A stretch of DNA of 64,000 nucleotides from Phoronis australis (taxonomy: Eukaryota; Animalia; Phoronida): assembly GCA_002633005.1 (NCBI GenBank), contig NMRA01000549.1, forward strand, positions 141,062 to 205,061. The letters run 5' to 3'. This document shows positions 1-13,334 of this stretch, piece after piece (positions within the stretch are counted from its first letter, which is position 1; the number at the start of each line of letters is the position of its first letter). Under the pieces are notes generated by a model that worked only from the letters and a program-made list of their open reading frames with translations, was not told the DNA's origin and did not search any database. Both the position numbers and the translations under genes were made by a program.

Positions 1-483
1 AGAGTGTGCAACCCCTAAACAAAAGCCACGTTTCTCGAGCAAAAGACAGACTTTAATCTATGGAGCGGCGATGTAAATTTGTACATATAGTTACCATTGC
101 ACATGATTCATCTTGCAGGTAATGACGTAGTCGCAAGTATTCAAAGCGGAATGGTCGATGGAGGTGGGTATAAAAAAATTGACGACCTGGGGTTGAGAAA
201 CTGACGTGGGAGGATATTTTTGGAATGAATAGGTGCCCCCTGGTTACTCTGAAGTCGAAGCTGAGAAAGGTAACTTGCATCGCATTTAACGTAGCTAACG
301 TTCACCTTTCACACGGTCACTAAAAAAGAAAACCCAAGAAAACTTAATTTTATCGATTGATAGTTCAAGTTCGAAGATGGTAGACGTGAAGGTAACCCAC
401 TGCAGACGAAATTTGAAAATGACAAACAGTGACGCTTGTGGCGAGGAAACGTCATTGCAGTAAAGATTAAAGCAGCTATAAAC

Positions 484-738
484 CCGGGGAATGACTTCCA
501 ACAATACTGACTCAGCTAAGAAAAATCTTATATTTTAGTAAATTTTTGGTTAAAACTTAAATTTGTCTCAAGACTGTTTCAAGAATGAGATCTAAAGTTT
601 GGCTTAAGTTTTTTGTATAAGTTTTGATTTAATTGTGATTTTCTTACAGGATGTGGAAGTTTCAAAGTTTCCAAGTAAAGACAAATCTAAGACTTAAGTC
701 AAAAATGAACTTAAGTCAGTTTCTTGGAACGGGCCCTT
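484..738. mobile_element. MITE with degenerate TIRs (GGGCCCGTTCCAAGAAACTGACTTA-type, PIF/Harbinger-like)
   Basis: The left end ggggaatgacttccaacaatactgactcagctaag is a decayed inverse of the right end ttaagtcagtttcttggaacgggccc. The same terminus recurs at 60340-60442. Confidence 0.6.
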
Positions 739-767
739 GCAGTCTGTCACAAATAACTGTTACACCT

Positions 768-1048
768 TTTTGTTTAGATCACTTACTACAGTGAAATTGG
801 TCTAAAATTGTTCTGTAGTCAATGTAGGCGAGATTCTAGGCGTGGAAAGAACTGAGTAGCAGTTCGTTACTGTTTGAGACAAGGCTCTACAAGATGTCTT
901 ATCACGTGGTGTCATATTATTCGCCGAACATGGTCTCGAGCAATAACGGTGAGCTGCGAGTTCCTTGGAAGATCAAAAATTACTTCGGCATCTGAATATG
1001 AAACAAGCTGAAATCATTTGTACAGGGTCAAGTGGTCTAAATCAAAAC
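768..1048. mobile_element. Fold-back MITE family (TIR TTTTGxTTTAGACCACTT), copy 1
   Basis: Left ttttgtttagatcactt and right aagtggtctaaatcaaaa are inverted. Internal aagaactg..cagttcgtt..gagac/catggtctc motifs are shared with the copies at ~12917, ~19290 and ~61230. Confidence 0.6.
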
Positions 1049-1180
1049 AGAACGTGGATTTGTTGCCGCTTTAATAGGTATTTGAACGCTCAAACTTGGT
1101 TAATATTAACTATAGTTTGTAAAACAATGCCAGTGCACAGAATCTGGTTGTCAGTGTTCTAAAATTTAACAAGTCTACAC

Positions 1181-1342
1181 TGCGTGACGTTAAAAACAAC
1201 ACGCTTGCAAACATGGAAGGCACTTTGTTCAGCATTGCATGACATTACAAAGAACACAATTGCAAACAAAGGATACGCTTGAAAACATAGATGGCAATTT
1301 GTTCAGCATTGCGTGACGTCACAAAGATGGATAGCAACTTTG
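1181..1342 (+). repeat. Degenerate tandem duplication (2-3 units of ~55-75 bp)
   Basis: tgcgtgacgt, acgcttg(c/a)aaacat and tttgttcagcattgc each recur. Confidence 0.6.
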
Positions 1343-3083
1343 TGTATATACATGTATTATACCCTATGACAACTTTCCTCGAAGGATAAATTTGTTCATT
1401 TGTTTAGGTACTCTCGGTTAAGGTTTTGGTACAAGCAAATGACATTCTACTGCAACATAAGAATTACTTAGATCTGTCAATTATTGCATGCATTTTTCCT
1501 GTCACTCCAAAATACGTCATTAGGTCACAGTGGCTTATAAAGTAACTTGTGTGAGCATTTCATGGGTCATATTTGTGTTGCTGTTCCTTTATGTAACAAA
1601 CCAATGCATGTTAGGAACGTGGAAAATTCCCATCTTTAAACTTTTACATTTCGTGGAATTTGACCTTTAAATTTGGCTAATCATTCAAACTGGACATGGA
1701 AGAGCATGTCTGGAAACATAAATAGATGTCCATCAGGGGTGATAGCAATATTCCCATGGGTTGCATTGAGTCATAAAGGCAACAACGTTTATGTTTTATT
1801 CAATTAAAATGCCATTTCAGGGTACATTTTTTTAATTTGTGGGCGCCACCTTCTGATGAAACTTGGAATTACCATTCCAAACATTCAACTGTTGTTGAAG
1901 CTTAACCTGAAATGCATTAACCAAATTGGCAATATCATCAGTCAATTTTACCGCACATATATCAATCTTTCATAAGTGTGATTGTGCATGAATTTCAATA
2001 AATTTCCCATTATGATTATTGAATATTCACTATCTTCGATATACCTGCTTTTTTAAGACCGTACACAACTTCTATGTCACTTGGTAAATAACGGGAATTT
2101 TTTATTTAACAATGTTAAATTGGACCCTAAAAGAATGGACTCGTGTACTGCTGGTCTGTCAAAAAGAACATTCTTCAAATTCTAAAATGTTTTAAAGTAC
2201 TGCATTGATGAATTGAATTTTGTTAGATGAAAAACCGTTATTAGATATTAAATTGATTACAGTGTCTACACTAAGTGAAGGAAGAGATCGTCCCGAAAAC
2301 TCCGGACTCTGTATTCTCTGTCCTTAAATTTTCGGCTCCTGTACCCCTCCAGCCCCTAAATCCCCCCCCCCCTACGTCTCCGGCCCTATGTTACCCGTCC
2401 CTAATTTCCGGCCCCAGTATCTCAATCCCTAAATCTCTGGCTGGTCCCTGCATTCCCCCGTCGCACTGCTTCCTTGTTGAAATTCTTATCCTGATAATAC
2501 CCGTCTCCTTTTTCCTCCAACCCTACATGTTTCATCGGATCGGTGTCCCAATGGCCCGGTATCCCCAAGTCTAACCTTTCCTCTACAAGTTGATTCAATT
2601 TCGGCGTTGGTTTGCAATGACCTGAGCAAGCGTGTTGAAAGGATCTCTAAAAAACAAGTACACCTTTCAGAGAAAAAAATGCATCAGTTGGCGTGTTTGT
2701 GCTGGTGCTATCAGTGCAGGACGACGCTTAGAATTAAGTAAAATTATCAATCACTGATGACAGATAATTCCACTCTGCTTTGCCTTGGACACATTTCAGG
2801 TTGGCTTTTTGATAACGCGATGAACTCATAATCAATCTACATGAGACGGAAGAGGCCGCCGCGGTTACGTTTGTTTGCAAAACTCAAACAAAAGTCATTA
2901 TTGAATATTCGCTACACGTCAATTGCTTTTCAGCGGTATATGTTTTTGTCAAAGGAAGAACATTTACAAAATTATGGTCAGAAGACTCTTTTATTGCCGA
3001 ACAGATATTTCTTGATGCAGACTTAAAGAGACGACTAACACAAAACGTCAACTTTGATGTCAAAATTGAAAGTTGCATTTCCC

Positions 3084-3383
3084 CCTGTTTAGGTGGTTCA
3101 AGAACGAAAATTGAGACCTTCTACTCTAATAAAATTGGTCTCGTAATATTCTATAGCGTTAATGGGTTTTATTTCCGTTAACAGCAAGAACATCAAAACC
3201 ATCAACGACTTAAGAAAAGGTTTCAAAATTTACTGGGGTTGGTCAATCAATTTTGAAAATTCGAAAATGGCGCGTGACTTCAGCTGGAACGGAAGTAGAA
3301 TCCAGTCACTCTAAGGAACATTATGATAGATTTTATGAGAGTTACAAGGTTGAATTGATGTTCGTTCGTCAGCCATCTAAACA
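3084..3383. mobile_element. ~290-bp MITE family with CTGTTTAGCTGGCT-like TIRs, copy A
   Basis: The left end matches the reverse complement of the 13270-13334 end. The internal ggaagtagaatcc motif is shared with copy B. Confidence 0.55.
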
Positions 3384-3686
3384 TGGCAAAATGGAGCTTT
3401 AAGTTGAAATGATGATTCATTATTTTAATGGTTAACATTTTGTATTTTAAAGAAGTTGTTAACTTGTTGCTGTAAAGGTAAACGTACTGTTTCCAAATCC
3501 GCGTAGCTTTGGTTCAACGCGTATCTATTCTAAAAGGATTATTTAAATCTATCTTTTTGGAAGTGTGGAACATGTTTCAGAAGTTGTAAGAGCATGCGCA
3601 GAGATTGATTAGAATATGACTGGACATGATAATGATAAACTTGAAACAGTGAACAAGGACGGTTGAGAAAAATGAAGGTTACACGC

Positions 3687-3962
3687 TTAGCTGGCTAAAA
3701 AATGAAAATCGAATTAGGCCCCGTTCATATCAGTCTAATATGCCTTACCATGATTCTATGCCCCTTTCCAACTCAAGTCACAGGCAATGCGTGTACGGGT
3801 TATTGCGAAACGTAAACTCTGAAGCGTTTTGTTGAGTTGCTGATAGTTTTGATTTTCTTGTTGGTACCGGAAGTAGAATCCTGTCACGGCAAGGGATTTT
3901 TATAAGATCTATTTTATGAGAGTAAAATGCCTAATTCGATTTTCGTTTTTTAGCCAGCTAAA
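3687..3962. mobile_element. ~280-bp MITE, copy B
   Basis: Near-perfect ~33-bp TIRs: ttagctggctaaaaaatgaaaatcgaattaggc / gcctaattcgattttcgttttttagccagctaa. Confidence 0.75.
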
Positions 3963-6776
3963 TAGGACGAGATGCAGCTTTAACACTGTTTGTATTGGAT
4001 ATCAACAGAAAGCTGGAGATTTCCTGCTTGTGTCATTCAGTCATTGATCAGAATGTTTTGAGCATGAGTTTATGAATATTACCAAAAATCATGTAGCAGT
4101 TGCTGTATGTTGCTTTGCTAACCAAACTTTTATGACATATCTTCTGACACAGAATTCACAAAGCAAAGTAGCCCCCCCCCCCCCCCGACAATGATCAGGG
4201 GCTGTAAAGGCTGGAGCTGCGGCCCGTGGCCTGTATTTTAACAACTAAACCTAATTTATGAGTAAAATGTGTGCTTTAAATAGAAATTGTCTCTTCTAAG
4301 ATGGAAACAACCGAACCATGATTCATAACACGAGGCTGTCTGTTTTGAACGCCCATTTTTCATCATTCGAAGGTTAGTGGTTGATGCTGACTTCGATCAG
4401 AAGTAACATCCAGACATATATCTCTTCCTTGGATTCAGATAAATCATTTTTTACAGTTCGCGGTAAATGGTGTTTTTCAATCGCCTGAACTGCCCTTGAG
4501 CGATGTTGGCGGGCGTGTTCGTCAAAGTTCCCGCGTTCGTCAAGCGTATCTGGTTGACCCATTTTCTTGGTCTGAGTCAATAATATTTTTATGGAATTCC
4601 TTACAAAGATGGAGGATCCTTGAAAACCTGAATTTTCCACACATTGCGTTCGTATCCCTTGTTACTGGTTAGTGGTTCACGTGAATCCCCTAGAATTCTC
4701 CAGGCGGCCATGTTGCTTGGAGATTGAAACTAACGCTTCTTGACGTGCGCCTGGTGTGAAACTATAATGACTTGCGAGTTATTCTAAACCATAGAATTCA
4801 AATCCATTTAAGAACAGTTAGTGGCCGAAGTAAAATTTTGATTTAAATAAAGGGTGAGGTTATTGCTCCGTAATTTAATCTGATTTGGCCCGCATCTATA
4901 CATGTAGTTGTGATGCACTAATTAGTTGAAACAATTTTAACATGTGTTCATCACCATGTGTTCCCGTTAAATTGTCTTAGAGTGTCAAGTCTGTTAGTCT
5001 GAGCTATCCAGAGTTCCAAATATGTAAATAACATTAATTAGGTGAAAACATTCCTAGGTTTGTGGCAACAACCCCATCTAAACTCACGGAATCTAATGGC
5101 TAATTTATTTGACCCAGCCACATGTTAATATTGGCGAATAGTAGTATAGCCGTGTCGTGACTACACTAGTGAGGACTAGCTGATTCCAATGGGTCTTCTG
5201 ACTCGTGATTCGCTGTAACTTAGCAACGAAGGTTGGTCCTCCAAAAAGGGCTCGGTGTAGTCACCTTAACAATATCAATATAACTTGTTACTTTTTGACG
5301 ACCCACTAACTTTTACCTCGCTTATGCCGCTCGGTAACTATTGGCAACATATCCATAATGTCTCTCTCCGCTGGTGTTAGTTCGCAACAAACCGTTATCT
5401 TACATACTGTAGGCCTACAACTGTCTTGGTATTGAGCCTCTTAAGAAACGGTTAGGCTCCAAATTTACAATTTTACAAAATAATAACAAAATGCAAACAA
5501 ACACACTTTCTTTAATGTATTTTCCACAGCTTTTGGAGATGCAAGAATAGAAGGCTATCATGCTACTCAAGTTTCCAAATACGGAAGCCAATACAGTGGC
5601 GACCTGAATGTCGACACGAGTTAGTCCACGGCTTCTTCCACCATATTGAATATATAATTAGACATGCTAAGCAAACTAATCCACGTGCGTTTCCACGTAA
5701 GTGGACGGGAGAGCAAAGCCTGGTGAAACCAGTATTTTTCGCAAGATGTCCGCTAGATTTTCAAAAGGTTACATTCAGTACTTAAACACTTTGGTGGCGC
5801 TACGAAACATGATTTTTGTGCATTGTTGACTAGGACGCAATGTTTCAATTTTAAAATGTCGATGATATTCGTAAAAATACGGTAATGTTGGCCACGTTTT
5901 CACGAAGTCCAACCCAGGGTCACATTGATACTGTTAGTTACAAATCTATAAATTATTGCAACTAAAGCCTTAAAGTAATCTGTTCTCTAAAATCAATAAA
6001 AATGTTCATATGTTTTATAAATTAGCCGGTGTCGTGACACAACGACTCCTTTGCGGCTTTGCGCCAAATTGTTTGCCCTTGAGTCCTTAAAATTTGAATT
6101 TTATTATTGAGTACATCGGATTTTTAACTCCTCCAAGGGTGGAAATCAATAGTTTTAGCAAAGTTTGAATTTTAGTTGTGTTCATTTACCTCTGCCATTT
6201 CATAACGAACGGTGGCGAGGTTTGGTTGGGCATTTTGAATTTTGTATTGAGTGTGAAGGCTACAAATGGCATTTACTTGATTTTTTAGTCTCTTCTGATT
6301 GAAAGAATCCCATCTGTTGACCCTTGGGCAAGTCGTGGCCTTCATTAAGTTTCTTAAACTTTTTATAGAAGCGCGCCGTTATTTGAACGTTAGCAGGAAG
6401 TGGAGGTAGCCTTGAGACACTCGGGATTTATAACAAATTTGGCCACTACATACTTTTCGCCTGATTTCTGTGCTCGGGGCCATTTTGGTAGTCTGAATGA
6501 GCTCTTTCAGTTTATAGTTATCGCATGTGGACGACGGCTTTGGGGTGAAAACTGCCGCTTTGGTGTATTTTAGGCCGTTTTTAGGTATCCCGCTGCACCT
6601 GTGGTCGCAAAAATGGAAAATTATTTGGAATCATTTTTATTGAACTAAAATGTTTCTGTATTCTTTGGCCCTGAATACTCTTCATGTTTTCAGAGAAGTG
6701 GTGCTGCGTGAACCGGACTTATTAAGCCCAAAACCAGCACTGTTGATTGCTACCTAATACAATTCCAACCGTGGAC

Positions 6777-6833
6777 CATGGGCGGTGCAGCACTGAGAAA
6801 AGCCACCAACCGCCTGATGGTGTGCCGCCCATG
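6777..6833 (-). mobile_element. Tiny MITE (CATGGGCGGCGCA TIR family), decayed inverted copy
   Basis: Reads catgggcggtgca...tgtgccgcccatg. Flanks tggac/tagac form a 5-bp TSD with 1 mismatch. Confidence 0.7.
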
Positions 6834-7755
6834 TAGACTCGTGTGTTTTATGCTCAGTGCTTCCGCATTCAGTTAGAGTTAGTCCGGACAAGTTTGCGGT
6901 AGGAACTCATGATATTTTAGATCACTGTGATAACCCACCGTACCATATTGTCACCTTCCTCACTAACATTCCATCGTCCGATCTACTCTTAGGACCGGAC
7001 CGTCCAATCCAATAAAAACTGTTGAGGATTTGTGCAAGACATCTTCACAATATTTTACCGGCTAGGCCGCCTACTGCATCAATATTGACATCAATTATCA
7101 AAAGGACGGCTAATAAATAGTTTGTCAGCATGAAAAAGTCACGTCTGTCAGTTATGGCGACATGAAGTGAGCGACAGTGGTTATCTAGTCCACTGAGGAA
7201 CTGTCAATCATACATGGGCTTCATGGAGATTTTCAACATTTTCTTATTACTTTTACTTTTACTTTGGTAATCAACACAATCGTCTTAAGATAAACATTAC
7301 ATAACTATGATCGTATTACAAACATACACAGAAAACGATCCTTCCTATAACGTGCTAACAGCACAATATCTACAGAGTGTGAATTGCCCTTATTTACAAT
7401 CTGATCCATAAGTCGGAAGAATTAATTAATTTGTGTACATAATTAGATCAACCTATGCCTACAAAAAGTAGGACGTTTACGAATTTTATCAAATTAATAA
7501 AACGTATGGTATTTTCGTTGCACATTAGTAGTTGTTGATTTGAAATAAAGGCATGTATTTGGCTATATACCAACTTATCCATCCATACATTCATATGTCT
7601 ATCAGTCAGAATATCCGCTTATTTTCTACCCATCGTTGACGACTCCGATCCGAGTATTTTCCAGCAAAAATATTTTGTTACTTAAGCCAAGTGTTATACT
7701 ATCACGCGTTACGGTAGGACGAGTGAAGGAATAAATATATTGAAATCTTGCTTAC

Positions 7756-8377
7756 TTGCACAAAGTTGTCAGACGAAGTTGCTGGCATGGAGAGAGTGGC
7801 CATCTATTAATTGCTTCGATAAAACAATGGCAGAGGGCGCTCATAATTGCCGCGTTTACACAATCCGCGTTTAGTTCGCAAGAAGTGTTCAGAAGGTTCC
7901 AGTCACCCTGTTGCAAACTTAGAGATCGAGTAGAACGAGACCGCAGTCGATAAACCAGCTCCAGTGTCCCTTTTGTTCACACCGTGTCATATATTTCAGC
8001 ACAGTCCTTGATCGTTTTTAATACTAGCATTTTGGCAGCGTTCCAGCTGTTTTTCCGACACTCGTTGCGTTTACTCCAATTTATGGTAAAGAGGTCCTAA
8101 TTGAATTGATAAGATAGTCTATTTCTTCAAATTTTCACAATTATGAAGTCAAGCACTCTTACAGTAGATGTTACATTGGCAAATGTCTAAGCACAACTCG
8201 ATACGCCTTTCCAAACTGAAAAACACGAGCTGCTCAATGGAATACATCCGTCAAGCGCGAAATTGACACACTTCCGAAAAAATGCTGATAAGCGGCCTTG
8301 AACAATTTTAATCGCAGCACAGGCTTCAGCGTGTGTTCGCAAAAGAGAGGCAAATTTAGTTATAAAGTTTCGGGTAT
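7756..8377 (-). pseudogene. Spliced relic gene (2 exons), possible Ulp1/C48-like protease fragment of TE origin
   Basis: Exon ~8377-8163 ends at a GTAAGAG donor. A ~65-bp intron ends in CAATTAG, and the next exon (~8097-7756) continues in the same frame and ends at a GTAAGC donor. There are two in-frame stops. The translation includes LQQGDWNLLNTSCELNADCVNAA and, after a frameshift, DNFVQ. Confidence 0.4.
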
Positions 8378-8708
8378 CTGGTTCAAGTAGAAAAAATATT
8401 AGCAAAAATGTGAGCCTGATTCGAGAGAATCACCCAGAATAATTTGCACTGATAATTCAGACGCAAAATTTATATCGTCACCTTTTACTTTCCGAGAAAT
8501 TTGAAAGTTTTTATGGAATAGAAGCAACAAAGAGAACATTTCAGGCCACAAGTAAATACCGCATCCACTTTAAAGTGGGATTTCCTCCTTATCCTAGACA
8601 TAAACAGATTACAAATAAAACTGCTTCCGAATTGTCCTCGTCATGAAAGGAATTGGTCTCCTAACATTAACGTGAATTGGGAGACCACACATGTAATTGT
8701 TATTTCTG

Positions 8709-9437
8709 ACATGACCTGGAATGTGTTACGACACGACTGGTTAATAACACCGAGTACGTAATTTTTTTTGATATTTCACGGGCGAATCACAAAGTAGTGC
8801 AAACTAGAAATCCATACACCTTACAGTTTATCGTCTGCAAGACACCTAATACCAACAACCAAACAATGCCGGATTCCGTGAAGATGATAAGGTTATGATT
8901 GACAAATCGAGTGTCGCAACTGTGCGTAATCCCAGTTGGAAGGACATGTAAACAAATTCTTAAACGGACCCATCTTCGGCGGCGAATTCCATAGCCACGT
9001 TCATTCAAACAGAGGCGAACACCAACTCAAGAAACTACGTGGTGAGACGGTCTACCTGTGGTGTTTCAAGGTCAATTCAGTGCTCACACGCGGGGAAGAC
9101 CTGCTGACTGTTATTTATTAACATTTGTGAAGTTTTAAAATTACATCTTAATGAGTATTTATTAGATTCTAACTTGAACATTTGTTACAAAAGCTAAATG
9201 CTATTTACAATTGTTAAGTTTAAAAAAAAAGTTACTGAGGTTACTTTACTTTGCGCAAGCGTGTTTTTAGAAAAGCTCCGTCATGCGGTTGAAAGTTTTA
9301 GACACGTCGAGTTTTTCGGTGAAAAGATTGTTTTTAAGGTTCATGTGAGAAAACGAATCCAAGCCGCGGGATTTTGACGAAATTTCCAAGAGGTTTTGCC
9401 CATGTCATAAATCTGAGACTCGTGTAGGATTCTCTAT
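8709..9437 (+). mobile_element. Interspersed repeat, copy 1 (inverted relative to 30904-31706)
   Basis: Colinear reverse-complement homology to 30904-31706 over ~700 bp, e.g. gttacgacacgactggttaataacaccgag. Confidence 0.85.
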
Positions 9438-12400
9438 ATAGCGGCTCGTTTTAGAGCTGTTGGACAACTCTAGTCAGTATCGGTGGCCTTTGATACTTTT
9501 TATATGTCGATGTTTCCTGATTGCCCTGCATGAGGTCGGAAATCGTTTGGTATGTAGGAAAACTTTGAGCCAAGTTTTGTGTGCTTGGATAGCTTGATTG
9601 GGGATTCGCTGTTAACGTTATCGATTTTGCGGCCGAAAACGCATTTTGGAATTATTGTTGTTTGGGATACACTTAAATTTAACCAAAACTCTGCCAGATA
9701 TTGGTGATTTTTACAAGTTAAATAAAAATTCTCTGCTGTTTGTGATTTTGATGGGCAGCAGAGTGTTGGATTGTCATCGCGGGGGTTCCAGGTTCGATTA
9801 TAATGGGGTGAGACTCGTCTCGGAAAATCATTTTTATCGCCGTTAATGTCCCTTTGAAGACGAAATGCCTCTCTATAGAAAATCGAGTATTTGCAATAGA
9901 CATACATGTACCTATTATTAGTTCAACATCAAAAACAGATAAGCTATCACTAAAACTCATTGGACACATTGCTATTTGACGGTCGTTTGCAAGATAAGTA
10001 ATATTCAGAGGCTCGTATCAAAACAGTTTTGTTGAACGTATTTCAGTTGAGCTTCAAATGCTCACATTGCTAAGTGCCTAGAGAACATACAATGAGGTTT
10101 TGACGCAGTTAATGCCAAAGATAATTTAAAAAATTATTATATCTAATATTCATTAAAAGGCTTTCAAACCAATGAATTTTATGCACCGACAAAAAGGCTA
10201 CGAGTTTCAAGGCATTAAGTAGGCAACTTGAATTGGGTTTTAATCAAATCCCCAAACATCGATTTGTGCACGAGTCGTGCTCCACCTTTCATCTTACATA
10301 TCTACTGATGTCTATATCCATATCTATATCTATAATATATATAGAATATTGAATTAACGGGAAATGCCGCCATTCACGTTTTTTACAATAATCAATTATG
10401 TCCAACAATGACACGTTGACGAAATGCACTTGGATGGTTTTATCGGTCTCCGCCATAACACTCGACAAAGCATATCACAGTGATGGTAATCGAAACATTT
10501 GATGGAGTTAGTTTGCATTTTGATGAATGAGTCAAGTGACCAATTTCACGTTTCATAAAAGGGCATTTGTCGGAATTCTGAAAAGAGAGATCTGGCACGG
10601 CGTATCTTCAAGAAGCAGTTTTTAAGATTTTTATGTTTCAAGCATCTTTATTTGAATATTCAATTTAATAACTAAACCGCAAGATTTTGAATCTTGGCCA
10701 GCATGGCTGCGTTAATTCAAGGTGTAAAAATACTCGGATCCTTTGACTGTTAAGACAACATGACGTCCCCCGTTGCATAACTCGCAAAGGCGACTTGCAA
10801 ACTACCACGCAAGACAAGAGCACACTTTTGTACCCATGTAGATACAAGGTCTATCAACGTCTGCCGCAGCGAACAAGTCGTAACCAATAGCGCTACACAA
10901 ACAAACCATAACCAATGACGATACAAAAATCAAGAAGCCATTTAGACACACTAATATGCCCTCACGCGCGGTTCGGACGTATGTCCATCAGACTATGAAA
11001 ACGCTATGTCGAACGTGCACCAAATGGACATACACGTGGACACTACAACAAAGTCCTCCTCACTGAGTCCATAGATATGTTTTACGATACATGTAGACTC
11101 GTATGTGCCATGTCTTAAAAGCCGTTTGCCCATCCAAACAGCAACAAAAATCGCCTTACATTAGGAATTCGCATACCCACGTTTTTCAAGCGAAGCACAC
11201 CACGAGCCATTTCAACACGGTATGTAAAGACCCAGTACCGAATAGCCGACTGTGCTATCAAAAAACGATGTAATAATACAGCCACTGTTGTTTACAATTC
11301 CATGAGGACTCCTCAGGTGAAAACAAAAGTGACAGAGAGCTGATGGATCTTCCGAGAGTAAAAAGTTAATGACATGGAAAGTTACAGTTCATGAGACTAG
11401 ATCAGCAAGGCATCTTGAAGTGTGTGTGGACAGTCATTTATTTTCTAGTTACCGTAACTCTCATGAGCCAGCTCATTAGATACATAAACAATTCAAATGT
11501 TGATTCAAAATCCCGGCTGCAATTTGTGCATTGGTCACAAATTTATCTTACGTTAGTACGTATTGCTGAGCGTGCCGAAGCCATACAAGTGTTGCTGATA
11601 AGATCAAATGCCTGTTGGGATGCTCTCAGCATTTCGGGCAACCTTCCTTGGTCACTAGTGCGCTATTCGCAAGAATAACTCATTCCAATGTTCTCTCAAA
11701 TAGTTCCGGGCAAATGCAAGACCGTTAAGCAAGTGAGGTATTAGCTCTTGAAAGTGCGGTGCTTCAATACACATGTACATGTACATAACGTAGTTAAAAG
11801 ATTCAATAACGTTTTGAGGATAACCACCATATTGGGCTACTCAGTACAACAAGAACAACCCAAACAAAGACAATCAAAACACCGACAGTCAAAAACCTCA
11901 ATGAAGTAGCCCCAGAACGTGTACCGCTCGTTACACATAATCGTTGCTTAGGAAGTTCAGAAACATTCCCAAACAGATAAACAAATTAAAGAAAGTTCTG
12001 ACCGCCGACCGATGGCTTGCCGGAAAGGTCGACTCAAAAACGTTATTCTCTGACTTGTAAAAAACAGCAACAGCGGCATTACACATTTGTTGTTCGTCGG
12101 AGCACCGAATGGAAGCTACAGGCCTCAACAGTTGTTTTGGTATGTCTAAAATTTGGCAAGCAACGAGTGCTTTGTACCGAAGCCGCGATTTATAACAGGT
12201 AACAATAAAATTGCACAACGTAAACCTGAGTTTTATCGTTCACAAACAAAAACGATTATTGACAACCACGATTTTTTCAGGACAACACTTAATGACAATT
12301 ATCTACTTTGCCAACCTCTTTACAACATCTGCTGTTATATACCAATACGTGTAAACTCGGACAATAAACCGAGGTATAAACTATCATGAGAGTATCTGAA

Positions 12401-13043
12401 GACAAAACTCTATCCCCCGTTTCCTCAAGTAATGATAGTTTAAAATACACGTTGAAGGAAACATGTGTGAACACGTCTTTAACAACGAGTCTATTGAAAA
12501 ACGATTCGTAAAACCACCAGGCTGCTCCAAACACGGCAATTATCTAGTATACTGTGCGTTTAATTGGATCTGCGTCAACGACTTGTTGAGATCTCTTATT
12601 CCCTGAGGTTTCAGGAAACGACCTAAGAGAAAATCAAGTAGAAAATAACAGCTAAGATTCCACGCTATTCGACTTTTGAATAAATTAGTCAGAAAGCATG
12701 AAATAGCTTTTAGTTGGCGTCAAGTTATTACTGTCGCCTTCAACGACAATACGGTGCAATAACAGTTTAACACTGATCCAATGGTAATTTAACTTTAAAA
12801 TTACCGTTGATAAATCTATACACGCAAGTTTGTAACAGGCAAAGCTAAAACAGCAAGCAGACCTGATTGGGTGACACAAACACAAGTTATAAACCCAGCT
12901 TCCGTCACAAAAATAACGTTTTAGACCTCTTGCGGTTACGAAACAGGTCTCAAAATTTGTCTTAAGTGATTCCTCGACTTGGAAGGAACTGACAGTCCGT
13001 TATTACTTGTTACCACGCATGGTCTAAAAGTTGCATTTCGCCC

Positions 13044-13334
13044 TGTTTAGCTACCTTAAATGAAAATAGGATCCGGTATTTCGCTCTCATAACATCAGTC
13101 ACATAATATCCATTGCGATGATAGGACTCACAACGCGTACACGCGCTTTTTTCGAATTCGCAATTTCATGGCTGACCAACCTCTATAAATTCTTAAACGT
13201 TCTCTTTAATCGCTGGTGGTTTCGTTGTAGTTCTTGTAGAAAACGGAAATAAAATCCTATATCGGTAAGAGAAATTATGAGACCGATTTTCCTGAGAATA
13301 AAAATCCTAATTCGTTTTTGAGCCAGCTAAGCAG
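13044..13334. mobile_element. ~290-bp MITE, copy C of the 3084/3687 family
   Basis: Termini ctgtttagcta...gagccagctaagcag. Inverted homology to 3084-3383. Confidence 0.6.

Noticed and set aside
4374-4640. 88-aa ORF, with a THAP-like RKWV phrase in another frame
   Set aside because: The C2CH ligands and AVP box are not recognisable, so the evidence is too thin.
8787-9008. Paralogous short ORFs MNERGY.. (also 31401-31589)
   Set aside because: The similarity comes from the repeat copies. Both use a non-ATG start, the frames diverge through indels, and there is no recognisable domain.
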